From an uncultured archaeon (GTDB lineage Archaea; Iainarchaeota; Iainarchaeia; Iainarchaeales; CSSED10-239), in the NCBI GenBank assembly GCA_964496765.1, contig CAZCAP010000005.1, forward strand, positions 1-32,000: DNA of 32,000 nucleotides, read 5' to 3'. Position numbers and translations under genes: made by a program. Of the stretch, positions 1 through 8,162 are shown piece after piece; the stretch's first letter is position 1, and each line of letters starts with the position of its first letter. A model generated the notes under the pieces. That model searched no databases and was not told where the DNA came from. It worked only from the letters and a program-made list of their open reading frames with translations.

Positions 1-72
<72 letters not shown>

Positions 73-85
73 ACTTTTTTAAAAA

Positions 86-553
86 TCAGGCCCAATAATT
101 TATCTTCTTACCTTCTTTTCTTAAAAATCCAGAAACTATCTTTGGTTTAATTTTTGCATGCTTAATTATATCCTTTGGTCTAATGTATATCCAATTGTCC
201 AAATCATCCAATCTTTCTTTATCTGGTCTGTCCTCTTCAAGAGCAGAATAAACAATTCCATCTACTCCTGCCCAGATTGCTGCACTAGCACACATTGGAC
301 AACATTCAAGAGATGAATATAACCAACAACCAGTAAGCTGTTCTGATTTTAATTTTTCACATGCACTTTCAATTGCATTAACCTCTGCATGCCCTGTTGG
401 AATAAATGGATAACCATTCTTTTTATCCTCATAGTAACTACAAACACTTTTTGAGATTATTTTATCTCCTTTTACAATAAAAGCAGTAACAGAATGCTTT
501 TTCTTTGCAAGCTCAAGAACTTGCATCATAATCTCTTTGTTTGGATGTTTCAT
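86..553 (-). CDS. CDA-fold zinc deaminase of the TadA/GuaD (COG0590-like) clade
   Basis: The protein carries the zinc and catalytic motifs HAEVNAI and LECCPMCASAAIW (H-A-E ... C-x-x-C). The overall pattern HAEV.AI..AC..L....L..C.LY.S.E.CPMC..AI.WA resembles B. subtilis guanine deaminase and TadA as I recall them. The track start at 562 is a TTG; the first ATG is at 553 (MKHPNKE). Confidence 0.8.
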   Translation of the reverse strand: MKHPNKEIMMQVLELAKKKHSVTAFIVKGDKIISKSVCSYYEDKKNGYPFIPTGHAEVNAIESACEKLKSEQLTGCWLYSSLECCPMCASAAIWAGVDGIVYSALEEDRPDKERLDDLDNWIYIRPKDIIKHAKIKPKIVSGFLRKEGKKINYWA

Positions 554-599
554 AAAAATCAATATTATTTTTTTCTTTCTTTTTTAAATAAAAGATAAG

Positions 600-672
600 G
601 GTCCGAACCGGGATTTGAACCCGGGTCCTGGGATCCACAGTCCCAGATGCTAACCGCTACACAATTCGGACC
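600..672 (-). tRNA. tRNA-His (anticodon GUG) with encoded G-1
   Basis: 73-nt cloverleaf. An extra 5' G(-1) lies opposite discriminator C. Acceptor GTCCGAA/TTCGGAC pairs perfectly. Anticodon arm is TGGGA-CTGTGGA-TCCCA. T arm is CCGGG-TTCAAAT-CCCGG. Confidence 0.95.
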
Positions 673-783
673 ATTAGTTTACCTAGATAAACACAAGGCA
701 CTATAATATATATAGTATTAAATATATTTATAAAGATTTACAAGAACTATATAATTAGCTTTATTACTTAAATTGGACTAAAG

Positions 784-1287
784 ATGTATAAATTAAATAA
801 AAAAGGAGAAGCAGAAACAATTGGTTACATTTCTGTAATATTCATTATTGTGATTATAGTTGGAATACTTGCAATAGCAACAACAACAGTAGTAGCTGAA
901 CAGAACTCAGTAACCAGGTTTGAAAATTCTAAAAACTATATTTCTGACATAGAATCAATTATTAATCAGGTCATGCTATCTCCAACAGGAGCTGGAGCAA
1001 AAACAAGCCTAGACCTAACAAATCTTTATCTAAATATTAGTGCAGACACAAACAAGATTGAAATATACCACCTAATAAATGGAAATTACTATGAAAATTA
1101 CAAACTCATTTATCAGGGACAAAAATACACCTACAGAGATAAGCAAAAGTTATATGCTGGGATTCAATATACAGATGTAAATATTACAGATACAATTTTT
1201 GCACAAAACAAAGCAGTTATCCTATATTTCAAAAAGCTAGGAACTAATCAATTAAGAATTACAACAGAAGCAAACACAGATGAATAA
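784..1287 (+). CDS. Archaeal type IV pilin-like protein (class III signal peptide)
   Basis: The N-terminus MYKLNKKG/EAETIGYISVIFIIVIIVGILAIA has a short basic leader ending in KG, followed by one hydrophobic helix. This matches the prepilin-peptidase pattern [KR][GA][ALIFQMVED][ILMVTAS]. The rest of the protein is N/T-rich and looks extracellular. Confidence 0.55.
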   Translation: MYKLNKKGEAETIGYISVIFIIVIIVGILAIATTTVVAEQNSVTRFENSKNYISDIESIINQVMLSPTGAGAKTSLDLTNLYLNISADTNKIEIYHLINGNYYENYKLIYQGQKYTYRDKQKLYAGIQYTDVNITDTIFAQNKAVILYFKKLGTNQLRITTEANTDE

Positions 1288-1311
1288 TTAACACCTATAT
1301 TGAGAATAAAA

Positions 1312-1824
1312 ATGAATAAAAAAGCACAGGCAAACATAATCTCATACATATTGTTTATTTTAATAGCAATAATTATATTCACAATGGTTGCAACAGAATC
1401 AATTAACATTGTAAGAAAGCATCAGGAAACCTATAAGTTTAATTTAATGATTGATTCAATATCCTATTTAAATAATAACATAATTCTAGTATCTCACGAA
1501 AGATTTTCAAAAAAAGAAATAATTATTAATAATCCAGAAGAAATTACCATTGACTGTGAAAACAATAGAATAACAGGAAGCTTATCCTATTCTTTAGAAT
1601 TTAGAACTGATCAAAACACAGAAATAAATGGAATCACAGTATACAATAAAATCAATAACCTATATTTTGATAAAAACATATCAGATAATGAATTAATTTA
1701 TTTGGATTGCACAACATTCACTCTAAATAAAGGTAAAAACCTAATAGACATCTATTATATAACCTATGAAGATGATAAAGTACACTTAGATATAAATAGA
1801 CCCACCCCAAATATAACAGGATGA
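1312..1824 (+). CDS. Archaeal type IV pilin-like protein (class III signal peptide)
   Basis: The leader MNKKA/QANIISYILFILIAIIIF has KA followed by Q at +1, then a hydrophobic helix. The track start at 1300 is a TTG; the first ATG is at 1312. Confidence 0.55.
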   Translation: MNKKAQANIISYILFILIAIIIFTMVATESINIVRKHQETYKFNLMIDSISYLNNNIILVSHERFSKKEIIINNPEEITIDCENNRITGSLSYSLEFRTDQNTEINGITVYNKINNLYFDKNISDNELIYLDCTTFTLNKGKNLIDIYYITYEDDKVHLDINRPTPNITG

Positions 1825-2333
1825 TTAGACACATGAATAGAAAAGGAATTGCACCAATGTTTTCAGGGATATTCATTATATTCATTGGAGTACTTTTTAT
1901 GGGAATTATAATCATGTTTGCAATTGATTATTTTAATATACTAGAAGATCAACAGAGTTACTATAATAATCAAACAACACTAACCCAAATTAATGATACA
2001 CTATTATACCTAAAAACAACAAGCATAGGAACAAATTATATTACAACCATACAAAATAATAATGAAATCATATTTAATTCTACGCAAAACTCAGTAACCA
2101 TAGAACAGGATATTAAAAATCCTGGAGCCTATACTAAAAGCAAAGTAGATAGGGATTATGGAAACCTAAACATTAGAAAAACATCCAGTCAATTCATTTA
2201 CACACTGGATTTAAACGGAATAGTGGATCTAAATAATGATGTGGTAGTTAATTTAGGAAATCACACCATTGATTTAAATGTTGTTGGTGAAGAAAATAAT
2301 ATTCCTATTATTGAAATAAGATACAAGAACTAA
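1821..2333 (+). CDS. Archaeal type IV pilin-like protein (class III signal peptide)
   Basis: The N-terminus is MIRHMNRKG/IAPMFSGIFIIFIGVLFMGIII. The ATG at 1821 overlaps the upstream TGA (ATGA coupling). An alternative ATG at 1833 is preceded by AGGATGA. Confidence 0.55.
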   Translation: MIRHMNRKGIAPMFSGIFIIFIGVLFMGIIIMFAIDYFNILEDQQSYYNNQTTLTQINDTLLYLKTTSIGTNYITTIQNNNEIIFNSTQNSVTIEQDIKNPGAYTKSKVDRDYGNLNIRKTSSQFIYTLDLNGIVDLNNDVVVNLGNHTIDLNVVGEENNIPIIEIRYKN

Positions 2334-2348
2334 ATTCTGTGAATAAAT

Positions 2349-2930
2349 ATGCTACCAACAAAAGAACAAGCTAGGCTTATCATAAAAAAATATCTTAAAG
2401 AAGATCCAAATATAGAACATTGCCTGCTTGTAGGTGGGGGAATGGGAGGAGTTGCAAGACTACTTGGAAAAACAGAAGACGAAATAAATAAATGGTATAT
2501 AATTGGCGTTCTTCATGATGTTGATGTTGAAAGATATAATGGAGATATCTACAAGCACTGTGTTATTGCAGAAGAAATTTTGAAACAGGAAGGAATAGAC
2601 CAGGAAATCATTGATATTATTAAAACACATAATGAAGTACTTGGGTTTGAAAGAAAAGAAGAAGTAGAACATGCACTCTATTCCGTTGATGGGTTATCAG
2701 GAATAATTAGAGCCTATGTGCTCATGAGACCAGACAAAGATATACAAGTGATTGAAACAAAATCCATTCTTAAAAAATATAAGGATAAGTTCTTTGCAGC
2801 AGCAGTTTCTAGAGAACAAATAATATTATGTGAAAGCACATTAAATATTCCACTAGATAAATTCATAGAAGCAGTAATTACTGGAATTAAAGAAGAAAAG
2901 ATATATCTAAACCCAAAATTGGAGGAATAA
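2349..2930 (+). CDS. HD-domain phosphohydrolase (COG2316-like)
   Basis: The protein has H...HD metal-binding spacing: EHCLLVGG ... IIGVLHDVDVERY ... IIKTHNE. Size and layout fit small stand-alone HD hydrolases. Confidence 0.7.
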   Translation: MLPTKEQARLIIKKYLKEDPNIEHCLLVGGGMGGVARLLGKTEDEINKWYIIGVLHDVDVERYNGDIYKHCVIAEEILKQEGIDQEIIDIIKTHNEVLGFERKEEVEHALYSVDGLSGIIRAYVLMRPDKDIQVIETKSILKKYKDKFFAAAVSREQIILCESTLNIPLDKFIEAVITGIKEEKIYLNPKLEE

Positions 2931-2933
2931 AAT

Positions 2934-3218
2934 TTAACTCCACATGGTCATATCTTTACCCTTTTTCTTAAATAATTTCGGTTTTGGTTTACTAAGGGCA
3001 GTTACCTTTTCCTTTTTACTTTTAGGATTAGATGGTTTTGGTTTTTTCTTTTCAATTCCTAATAACTTCTCTAGAAAGTTATCATTATATCCAAGAGATG
3101 ACTTCTTAATCTTTGTATCTCCAGTTCTTATTGAATATTCATTTAGTTTTGAAAGACTATTCTTATCAACTAGAGCTTCATTTAAATAATCCATTTTCTT
3201 CTTTTTTAATAGACTCAT
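2934..3218 (-). CDS. Small lysine-rich hypothetical protein
   Basis: 94-aa ORF with a basic tail (KKKPKPSNPKSKKEK...). A fully overlapping plus-strand ORF (2944..3189) is F/L-rich and looks like its shadow. I recognise no homology. Confidence 0.35.
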   Translation of the reverse strand: MSLLKKKKMDYLNEALVDKNSLSKLNEYSIRTGDTKIKKSSLGYNDNFLEKLLGIEKKKPKPSNPKSKKEKVTALSKPKPKLFKKKGKDMTMWS

Positions 3219-3307
3219 AATAATCTACCTTTTTATTTATATTTTTTATTAAAACAATTAGGATAATATTATAATAGATAGAAAGGTATAAAAATAGAAT
3301 TCTTGCT

Positions 3308-4501
3308 TTAGAAGATACCAAAGAATATGTTCTTTAAAATATCAAATATGTATACTTCAGCTAGAGCACCTGCTAAAAAGAAGAAAAAACCACATAGCAA
3401 AAGTATTAAACAATACCTTATTATTGTAAACATCCTATCTGAATCATTTCTTTCTTTCTTAATCCCAACCGCAAGTAGATTACCACTAATGCTTGCAAAA
3501 AAGTAGGCAGCAGCTTCCAAAATTACATGAAGAGCAACGCTTAATAACAATGGCAAAATAATTAAAATGAAGGCAACATTGTAATGAGAACTATAGAAGA
3601 GAGCATACTGGGTGAAAACAACACCCCAATAGATTGCATTCCACACAATTAGAAGTATCGCACCTAGCGGGAACACAAGAGCAATTATAAAGCATACAAT
3701 TAATACAGAAAGGTTGTTTGTGAATATACTCCAAAAAATAGAATTTTTATCCTGACCCTCAAAACCTATATTCTTTGTAGGCAAGAGCTTATCATCCCAT
3801 CCCTGTTCCCCAAATAGATGTGCAGATGTGTTTCTTGGAATAACAGCAATTAGAAGTATAATAACTAGGATTATGCCTAGGAAAAAATAAAAATATGTTG
3901 AGACTATTGCTTTGTGATCATTATAGAAACCCATAAATGAAAACTTATCAGATCTTAAATTAAATTTAAATAAACTTATTCCCTTTTGCTTAACCTGCTC
4001 GGTTCTTCCAACAAGTAATTCATTAAGCTTAATTTGTTTTTGAATAAATGGAGCAAGGAACAATGTTGTTAAAAATATTGCAAAAAAACCAGGCTTATCA
4101 GGAAACAAAAGAATTGCAAAACCAAACCCAATCATGGTCCCTAAAACAGAATAGAATAAAGACTGTAGATTTGGTGGAAATCCGTTCTTGAACTTAGAAG
4201 GTAATTCTTTAAAATAATTAAATATGCTTAATGGAATTTCCTTTATAGGATTAGTTGGTTTTCTTTGCTCTGGCTTAGGTTCATTTATTGGTTGTCCTTT
4301 TTTATCTGCTTCCTTTGAGATGGACATTGAAGAAACAAAACCAATCTCTTTTTTATCCTTGATGACAGGCTTTTCTTTTGAGTTTGGGCTTAATTTTGTT
4401 TTTGAATCAATAAAGGTTGGATCTGATGATTGAGAAGATGTATTTGTTTTATTAATAACCTTTCTTTGATTAATAGTATTCTTGTTTCCCATATATACCA
4501 T
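3308..4501 (-). CDS. Polytopic membrane protein, SpoIIM/DUF95-like C-terminal domain with about 100-aa polar N-terminal region
   Basis: Several hydrophobic helices are present. FTNNLSVLIVCFIIALVFPLGAILLIVWNAIYWG and LHVILEAAAYFFASISG resemble the DUF95 signatures (N..v....G...N.i..G and H.i.E..a). The N-terminal roughly 100 aa are S/K/P-rich. Confidence 0.55.
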   Translation of the reverse strand: MVYMGNKNTINQRKVINKTNTSSQSSDPTFIDSKTKLSPNSKEKPVIKDKKEIGFVSSMSISKEADKKGQPINEPKPEQRKPTNPIKEIPLSIFNYFKELPSKFKNGFPPNLQSLFYSVLGTMIGFGFAILLFPDKPGFFAIFLTTLFLAPFIQKQIKLNELLVGRTEQVKQKGISLFKFNLRSDKFSFMGFYNDHKAIVSTYFYFFLGIILVIILLIAVIPRNTSAHLFGEQGWDDKLLPTKNIGFEGQDKNSIFWSIFTNNLSVLIVCFIIALVFPLGAILLIVWNAIYWGVVFTQYALFYSSHYNVAFILIILPLLLSVALHVILEAAAYFFASISGNLLAVGIKKERNDSDRMFTIIRYCLILLLCGFFFFLAGALAEVYIFDILKNIFFGIF

Positions 4502-4555
4502 AGATATAACATAGAAAAATATATAAAGAAATTGATTAAACCTTTTATCTCTTGG

Positions 4556-5770
4556 TTACTTTTTATTCACATAGAATCTATGTATCTTTTCAAAGGTAAG
4601 AAGTTGATTTAGTTTATCCATAAAATCCTTAGAAAACACTCCAGCTTTGTAATGAGAAAGAACAGAAAAATAGGAAATATCAGACATTTCTTCCCACATT
4701 CCTGTTGATTTAATTAATTTTTCAAGTTCTTCTCTTTCTTTGCTTCCCTTTTCAGGCATTTTTATAGAATCATATTCCTTTACTAGAAGAGAAGAATTTG
4801 TTCCAACTAATCTTTCAAGATTATTTCCCTTGGAATAAATTATAATTGCTTCCTTGATTTTTTCAAGGTCTCTATCAATAACATTAATAAATTCATCCTT
4901 CCTAAGCTTAAGTTCATTGTATTTATTTACAAGAGTAACTCCATCATCTTTTAAAAATTCATTTGCAGGAAGTGATCTTAGTTTAATATCATGAGCCATT
5001 GCTGGACAAATACTTCTGAACTCACACCATTCACATAGAGCACTTGTTTTTGTTGGGAATTCATCTTTCTTTTTTGCAATTTCTATATTTTTAATAATTT
5101 TAATAACTTCAGTTCTTAGATTATCTAAATCCAGATCAGTTCTCTGGGACCTAAGTTCAATTCCAACTGATAAAAAATGCCAAACTAAATCAATTCTTTT
5201 AACAAAAGGAAATGATTGCTTTATTGCTATTGAATATAGAGCAAGTTGTTTGTCCTCATCAACCTGTTCCTGTGTTTTTGGAATCATGTTTGTTTTATAA
5301 TCATGTATTTCTATAACTTCATCAGACAAAAGAGTTAGTCTATCAATGAATCCAATTAGATCATAATTGTTTTGAGTATCAGGATCAAAAACCTTAATTG
5401 TAACCTGCTGTTCAAGACCTAATGTTTTACCTTGATTAAATGGTTTGTAGGTTTCATAGTAGAAAAATAAATAATCATTTCCTAGTTTTTTATAGTTATC
5501 AGGAGTGAAATCCTTTCTTATGATTTCTGTGGTTTCTGAAGAATATTTTTTAATCCACAGATCATTATAATAAACAAGAACATCTTCTAAAGAATTGAGT
5601 TTACTAAACTTAACATCATTATATAGTTTTTCAAGGGTTTCATGAACCATTGTCCCCATGAATGCTTCAATTGATTGCTTTCTTATAATATCTGGTTTTT
5701 CAATATAATTAAATTTGAATTTTCTAGGACAGGTTTTGAATGTTTCCATGGATGAATGTGAATATCTCAT
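4556..5770 (-). CDS. Cas4/RecB-like PD-(D/E)XK exonuclease with Fe-S cysteine set and about 140-aa C-terminal extension
   Basis: There is one N-terminal Cys (FKTCPRKF) and a C-terminal C-x2-C-x5-C (LCEWCEFRSICP), the Cas4/AddB arrangement. Nuclease core motifs are GFIDRL ... IEIHDYKT (D ... D-x-K) and QLALYSIA (Q..Y). I do not recognise residues about 260-404. Confidence 0.8.
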   Translation of the reverse strand: MRYSHSSMETFKTCPRKFKFNYIEKPDIIRKQSIEAFMGTMVHETLEKLYNDVKFSKLNSLEDVLVYYNDLWIKKYSSETTEIIRKDFTPDNYKKLGNDYLFFYYETYKPFNQGKTLGLEQQVTIKVFDPDTQNNYDLIGFIDRLTLLSDEVIEIHDYKTNMIPKTQEQVDEDKQLALYSIAIKQSFPFVKRIDLVWHFLSVGIELRSQRTDLDLDNLRTEVIKIIKNIEIAKKKDEFPTKTSALCEWCEFRSICPAMAHDIKLRSLPANEFLKDDGVTLVNKYNELKLRKDEFINVIDRDLEKIKEAIIIYSKGNNLERLVGTNSSLLVKEYDSIKMPEKGSKEREELEKLIKSTGMWEEMSDISYFSVLSHYKAGVFSKDFMDKLNQLLTFEKIHRFYVNKK

Positions 5771-5839
5771 AAATTATCTTCTCTATCTTTAATTTCTTTT
5801 TATAAATAGAAGAAAGAGGAAAGAGTTTATAATTGTTTT

Positions 5840-5886
5840 GGAGGTTCCTGTCCAATGATAATAATTTGCTTGGACAGCCACCCTCC
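5840..5886. repeat. GC-rich imperfect palindrome / stem-loop in divergent intergenic region
   Basis: Read directly from the sequence. GGAGG (5840-5844) pairs with CCTCC (5882-5886). There is a 3x4 internal loop. CTGTCCAA (5848-5855) pairs with TTGGACAG (5870-5877). The loop is 14 nt (TGATAATAATTTGC). The flanks are very AT-rich. Confidence 0.7.
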
Positions 5887-5923
5887 CGAAAAGGATATAC
5901 ACTAGAAAAATGTAATATAATAT

Positions 5924-6967
5924 ATGACCAAGTTAAAAAAACTAACTGAAAATGAAGATCTATTTGAAAATATTAAAAAAATCATTAATGATTCTAAATC
6001 AAAGATATATACTACGATTAATACAACAATAATCAACACATATTGGAATATAGGAAAAAAGATTGTAGAGGAAGAACAAAAAGGGAAAAAAAGAGCAGGA
6101 TATGGGGGATATCTAATAAAAAAACTAGCAATAAGATTAACAACAGAGATTGGGAAAGGATTTAGTGAGCGAAATTTATGGAATATGATTCAATTATATA
6201 AAATATATCCAATTGTGCAGGCACTGCCTGCAGAATTAACCTGGACTCATTTTGTTAGATTATTCCAAATAGAAGATGAACAAGTAAGAAAATTTTATGA
6301 AATTGAATGCTCAAAAACAAGATGGTCAACAAGAGAACTCGATAGACAAGTAAGCTCTATGCTTTATGAAAGACTTTGCCTATCGAGAAATAAAAAGAAG
6401 ATTATTGAACTATCAAAAAATGGTCAAATAATTGGTGAACCGAAGGATATTATTAAGGAATATTATGTACTTGAATTTCTGGGACTAAAAGAAGATAATA
6501 GATATCTTGAGAAGGATTTAGAAAAGAGAATTATCAATAATATAAAATACTTTTTAATGGAATTTGGGAAAGGTTATGCTTTCATTGGTAGACAAAAGAG
6601 AATAACAATCGGTTCTGAAAGTTATTATATTGATTTGGTATTTTATAATACAATCTTAAAATGCTTTGTTATTGTAGATCTTAAAACAAATAAATTAACT
6701 CCACAAGATATAGGGCAAATGGATTTATATATAAGATACTTTGAAAAAGAAGTTAAAACAAAAAGTGATAATCCTACAATTGGTCTTATTCTTTGTTCAG
6801 AGAAAGATAAAACAATGATTAAATATACTCTTCTTCCAGGAAATGAACAATTGTTTGCTTCAAAATATAAATTATATTTACCAACAGAAGAACAACTAAA
6901 AAAAGAAATTGAGAATACTAAACAACAATTATTAATGGATGGATACGAGATAAGATATGAAGATTAA
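5924..6967 (+). CDS. DUF1016 / YhcG-family PD-(D/E)XK nuclease-domain protein
   Basis: Characteristic family strings are present: ELTWTHFVRLFQIEDEQVRKFYEIECSKTRWSTRELDRQVSSMLYERL, and the nuclease core YIDLVFYNTILKCFVIVDLKTNKLTPQDIGQMDLYIRYF. Confidence 0.85.
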   Translation: MTKLKKLTENEDLFENIKKIINDSKSKIYTTINTTIINTYWNIGKKIVEEEQKGKKRAGYGGYLIKKLAIRLTTEIGKGFSERNLWNMIQLYKIYPIVQALPAELTWTHFVRLFQIEDEQVRKFYEIECSKTRWSTRELDRQVSSMLYERLCLSRNKKKIIELSKNGQIIGEPKDIIKEYYVLEFLGLKEDNRYLEKDLEKRIINNIKYFLMEFGKGYAFIGRQKRITIGSESYYIDLVFYNTILKCFVIVDLKTNKLTPQDIGQMDLYIRYFEKEVKTKSDNPTIGLILCSEKDKTMIKYTLLPGNEQLFASKYKLYLPTEEQLKKEIENTKQQLLMDGYEIRYED

Positions 6968-7631
6968 AGATTTCACTCCTGAAAATAGACCTATGGAAAG
7001 AATGATTGAAAAGGGAGGAGATAACCTATCGGATGCAGAATTACTTGCAATTATTCTAAAGACTGGAACAAAGAACCAGAATGTTCTTGAATTATCAAAT
7101 CTTGTTCTTTCAAGGTTTCCAATGAACTCAATTGATAATCTAGAGATTAATGAATTAACTGAGATTAATGGGATTGGAAAGGTTAAAGCAAGTCAAATAA
7201 AAGCGATTTATGAACTTCATAAAAGATTAAGTGGCAAACAACATTTATTAAAGGAGGAACTAAAAGTTTATGCACCTTCTCAGGTTTATTCATATCTTAA
7301 AGAAGAGATTGGAAATAAATTTCAAGAAAATCTTGTTGCTCTTTTTCTTCGAGGAAATAATATAATTTCAAAAAAGATAATAACAATTGGAACTGACAAT
7401 CAAACTCTTATTTCCCATAAGAGTATAATCTCCTATGCGCTAAGAGAAAGAGCGCAGGCTTTAATCATTGCACACAATCATCCAAGTGGGGAAGCCTATC
7501 CATCCAGAGAAGATATTACTGAAACACAGAAGCTAGCAAAGATCTCAAAGGAACTAGACATTTGTTTTCTTGATCATCTAATTGTTACAAGAGATGGTTA
7601 TTTCTCATTTAAAGAGAAAGGAATGATGTAA
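6957..7631 (+). CDS. radC: RadC-family JAMM protein (UPF0758)
   Basis: The N-terminal HhH-like region reads RPMERMIEKGGDNLSDAELLAIILKTGTKNQNVLELS ... INGIGKVKASQIKAIYEL. The JAMM motif is AHNHPSGEAYPSREDI. The start overlaps the DUF1016 stop by 11 nt. Confidence 0.9.
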   Translation: MKIKDFTPENRPMERMIEKGGDNLSDAELLAIILKTGTKNQNVLELSNLVLSRFPMNSIDNLEINELTEINGIGKVKASQIKAIYELHKRLSGKQHLLKEELKVYAPSQVYSYLKEEIGNKFQENLVALFLRGNNIISKKIITIGTDNQTLISHKSIISYALRERAQALIIAHNHPSGEAYPSREDITETQKLAKISKELDICFLDHLIVTRDGYFSFKEKGMM

Positions 7632-7642
7632 AGGTGATAAAT

Positions 7643-7942
7643 ATGTTAACTAAACCATTAAACAATATTTTTAAAAGGCATTTGATAGATAATATATTTA
7701 ATCTATCAACTTCTAAAGGGATTAATATGAAATTTAGAATAATTATTGAACAAGATGAAGATAATATATTTGTTGCAGAATGTCCTAATCTTCCTGGTGT
7801 TGTTTCACAGGGGAGGACAAGAGATGAAGCAATAAAAAATGTAACTGATGCTATCAAAGGTTATCTTGCAAGTCTTAAAAAGCATAATGAACCAATCCCT
7901 ACTCCAATAACAGAAGAAGTGGTAGTAGATGTATATGCATGA
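7643..7942 (+). CDS. hicB: HicB-family antitoxin (UPF0150 fold)
   Basis: The core MKFRIIIEQDEDNIFVAECPNLPGVVSQGRTRDEAIKNVTDAIKGYL is typical of HicB. The ATG at 7643 follows GGTGA (7633-7637) by 5 nt. A shorter canonical start is at 7727, and the track start at 7634 is a GTG. The start is therefore uncertain. Confidence 0.8.
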   Translation: MLTKPLNNIFKRHLIDNIFNLSTSKGINMKFRIIIEQDEDNIFVAECPNLPGVVSQGRTRDEAIKNVTDAIKGYLASLKKHNEPIPTPITEEVVVDVYA

Positions 7943-8159
7943 ACTACCAACTATTTCTGGAATCGAGCTTATTAAAATATTTTCAAAGATTGGTTATGAA
8001 GTTGATCACCAAACAGGGAGTCATTTTATATTAAGACAACCAAAAGAACCATATAGAAGATTAACAATTCCTAATCACAAAATAATTGCAAAAGGAACAT
8101 TAAGGGCTATAATTAGAGAATCTGGATTAACTAAAAATGAATTTTTAGAGCTCTTTTAA
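7929..8159 (+). CDS. hicA: HicA-family mRNA interferase toxin
   Basis: GSHFILRQPKEPYRRLTIPNHKIIAKGTLRAIIRESGLTKNEF matches the HicA/YcfA pattern (GSH ... P.H. ... G.L..I). The gene overlaps the hicB stop by 14 nt. Confidence 0.85.
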   Translation: MYMHELPTISGIELIKIFSKIGYEVDHQTGSHFILRQPKEPYRRLTIPNHKIIAKGTLRAIIRESGLTKNEFLELF

Positions 8160-8162
8160 TAG

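Noticed and set aside
2944-3189. Plus-strand 81-aa ORF fully overlapping the minus-strand ORF 2934..3218
   Set aside because: It is F/L/S-rich, as expected for the antisense of a lysine-rich (AAA/AAG) gene. The minus-strand reading is more protein-like. Neither has recognisable homology, so even the retained call has low confidence.
4224-4612. Plus-strand ORFs 4224..4433 and 4430..4612
   Set aside because: The first is antisense to the SpoIIM-like membrane protein gene. The second spans its start, the intergenic region and the 3' end of the Cas4-like gene. Both have implausible composition.
5856-5869. C-box-like TGATAA in the loop of the 5840..5886 palindrome (possible C/D box sRNA)
   Set aside because: The sequence is TGATAA, not TGATGA. 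No D box (CTGA) or C'/D' pair lies at suitable spacing.
7634-7726. Possible 28-31-aa N-terminal extension of HicB (28 aa from the ATG at 7643, 31 aa from the GTG at 7634)
   Set aside because: Only partly rejected. The GTG at 7634 overlaps the SD itself, so I dropped it. I kept ATG 7643 because of the GGTGA 5 nt upstream. The canonical HicB fold starts at ATG 7727, and the extension has no recognisable features.
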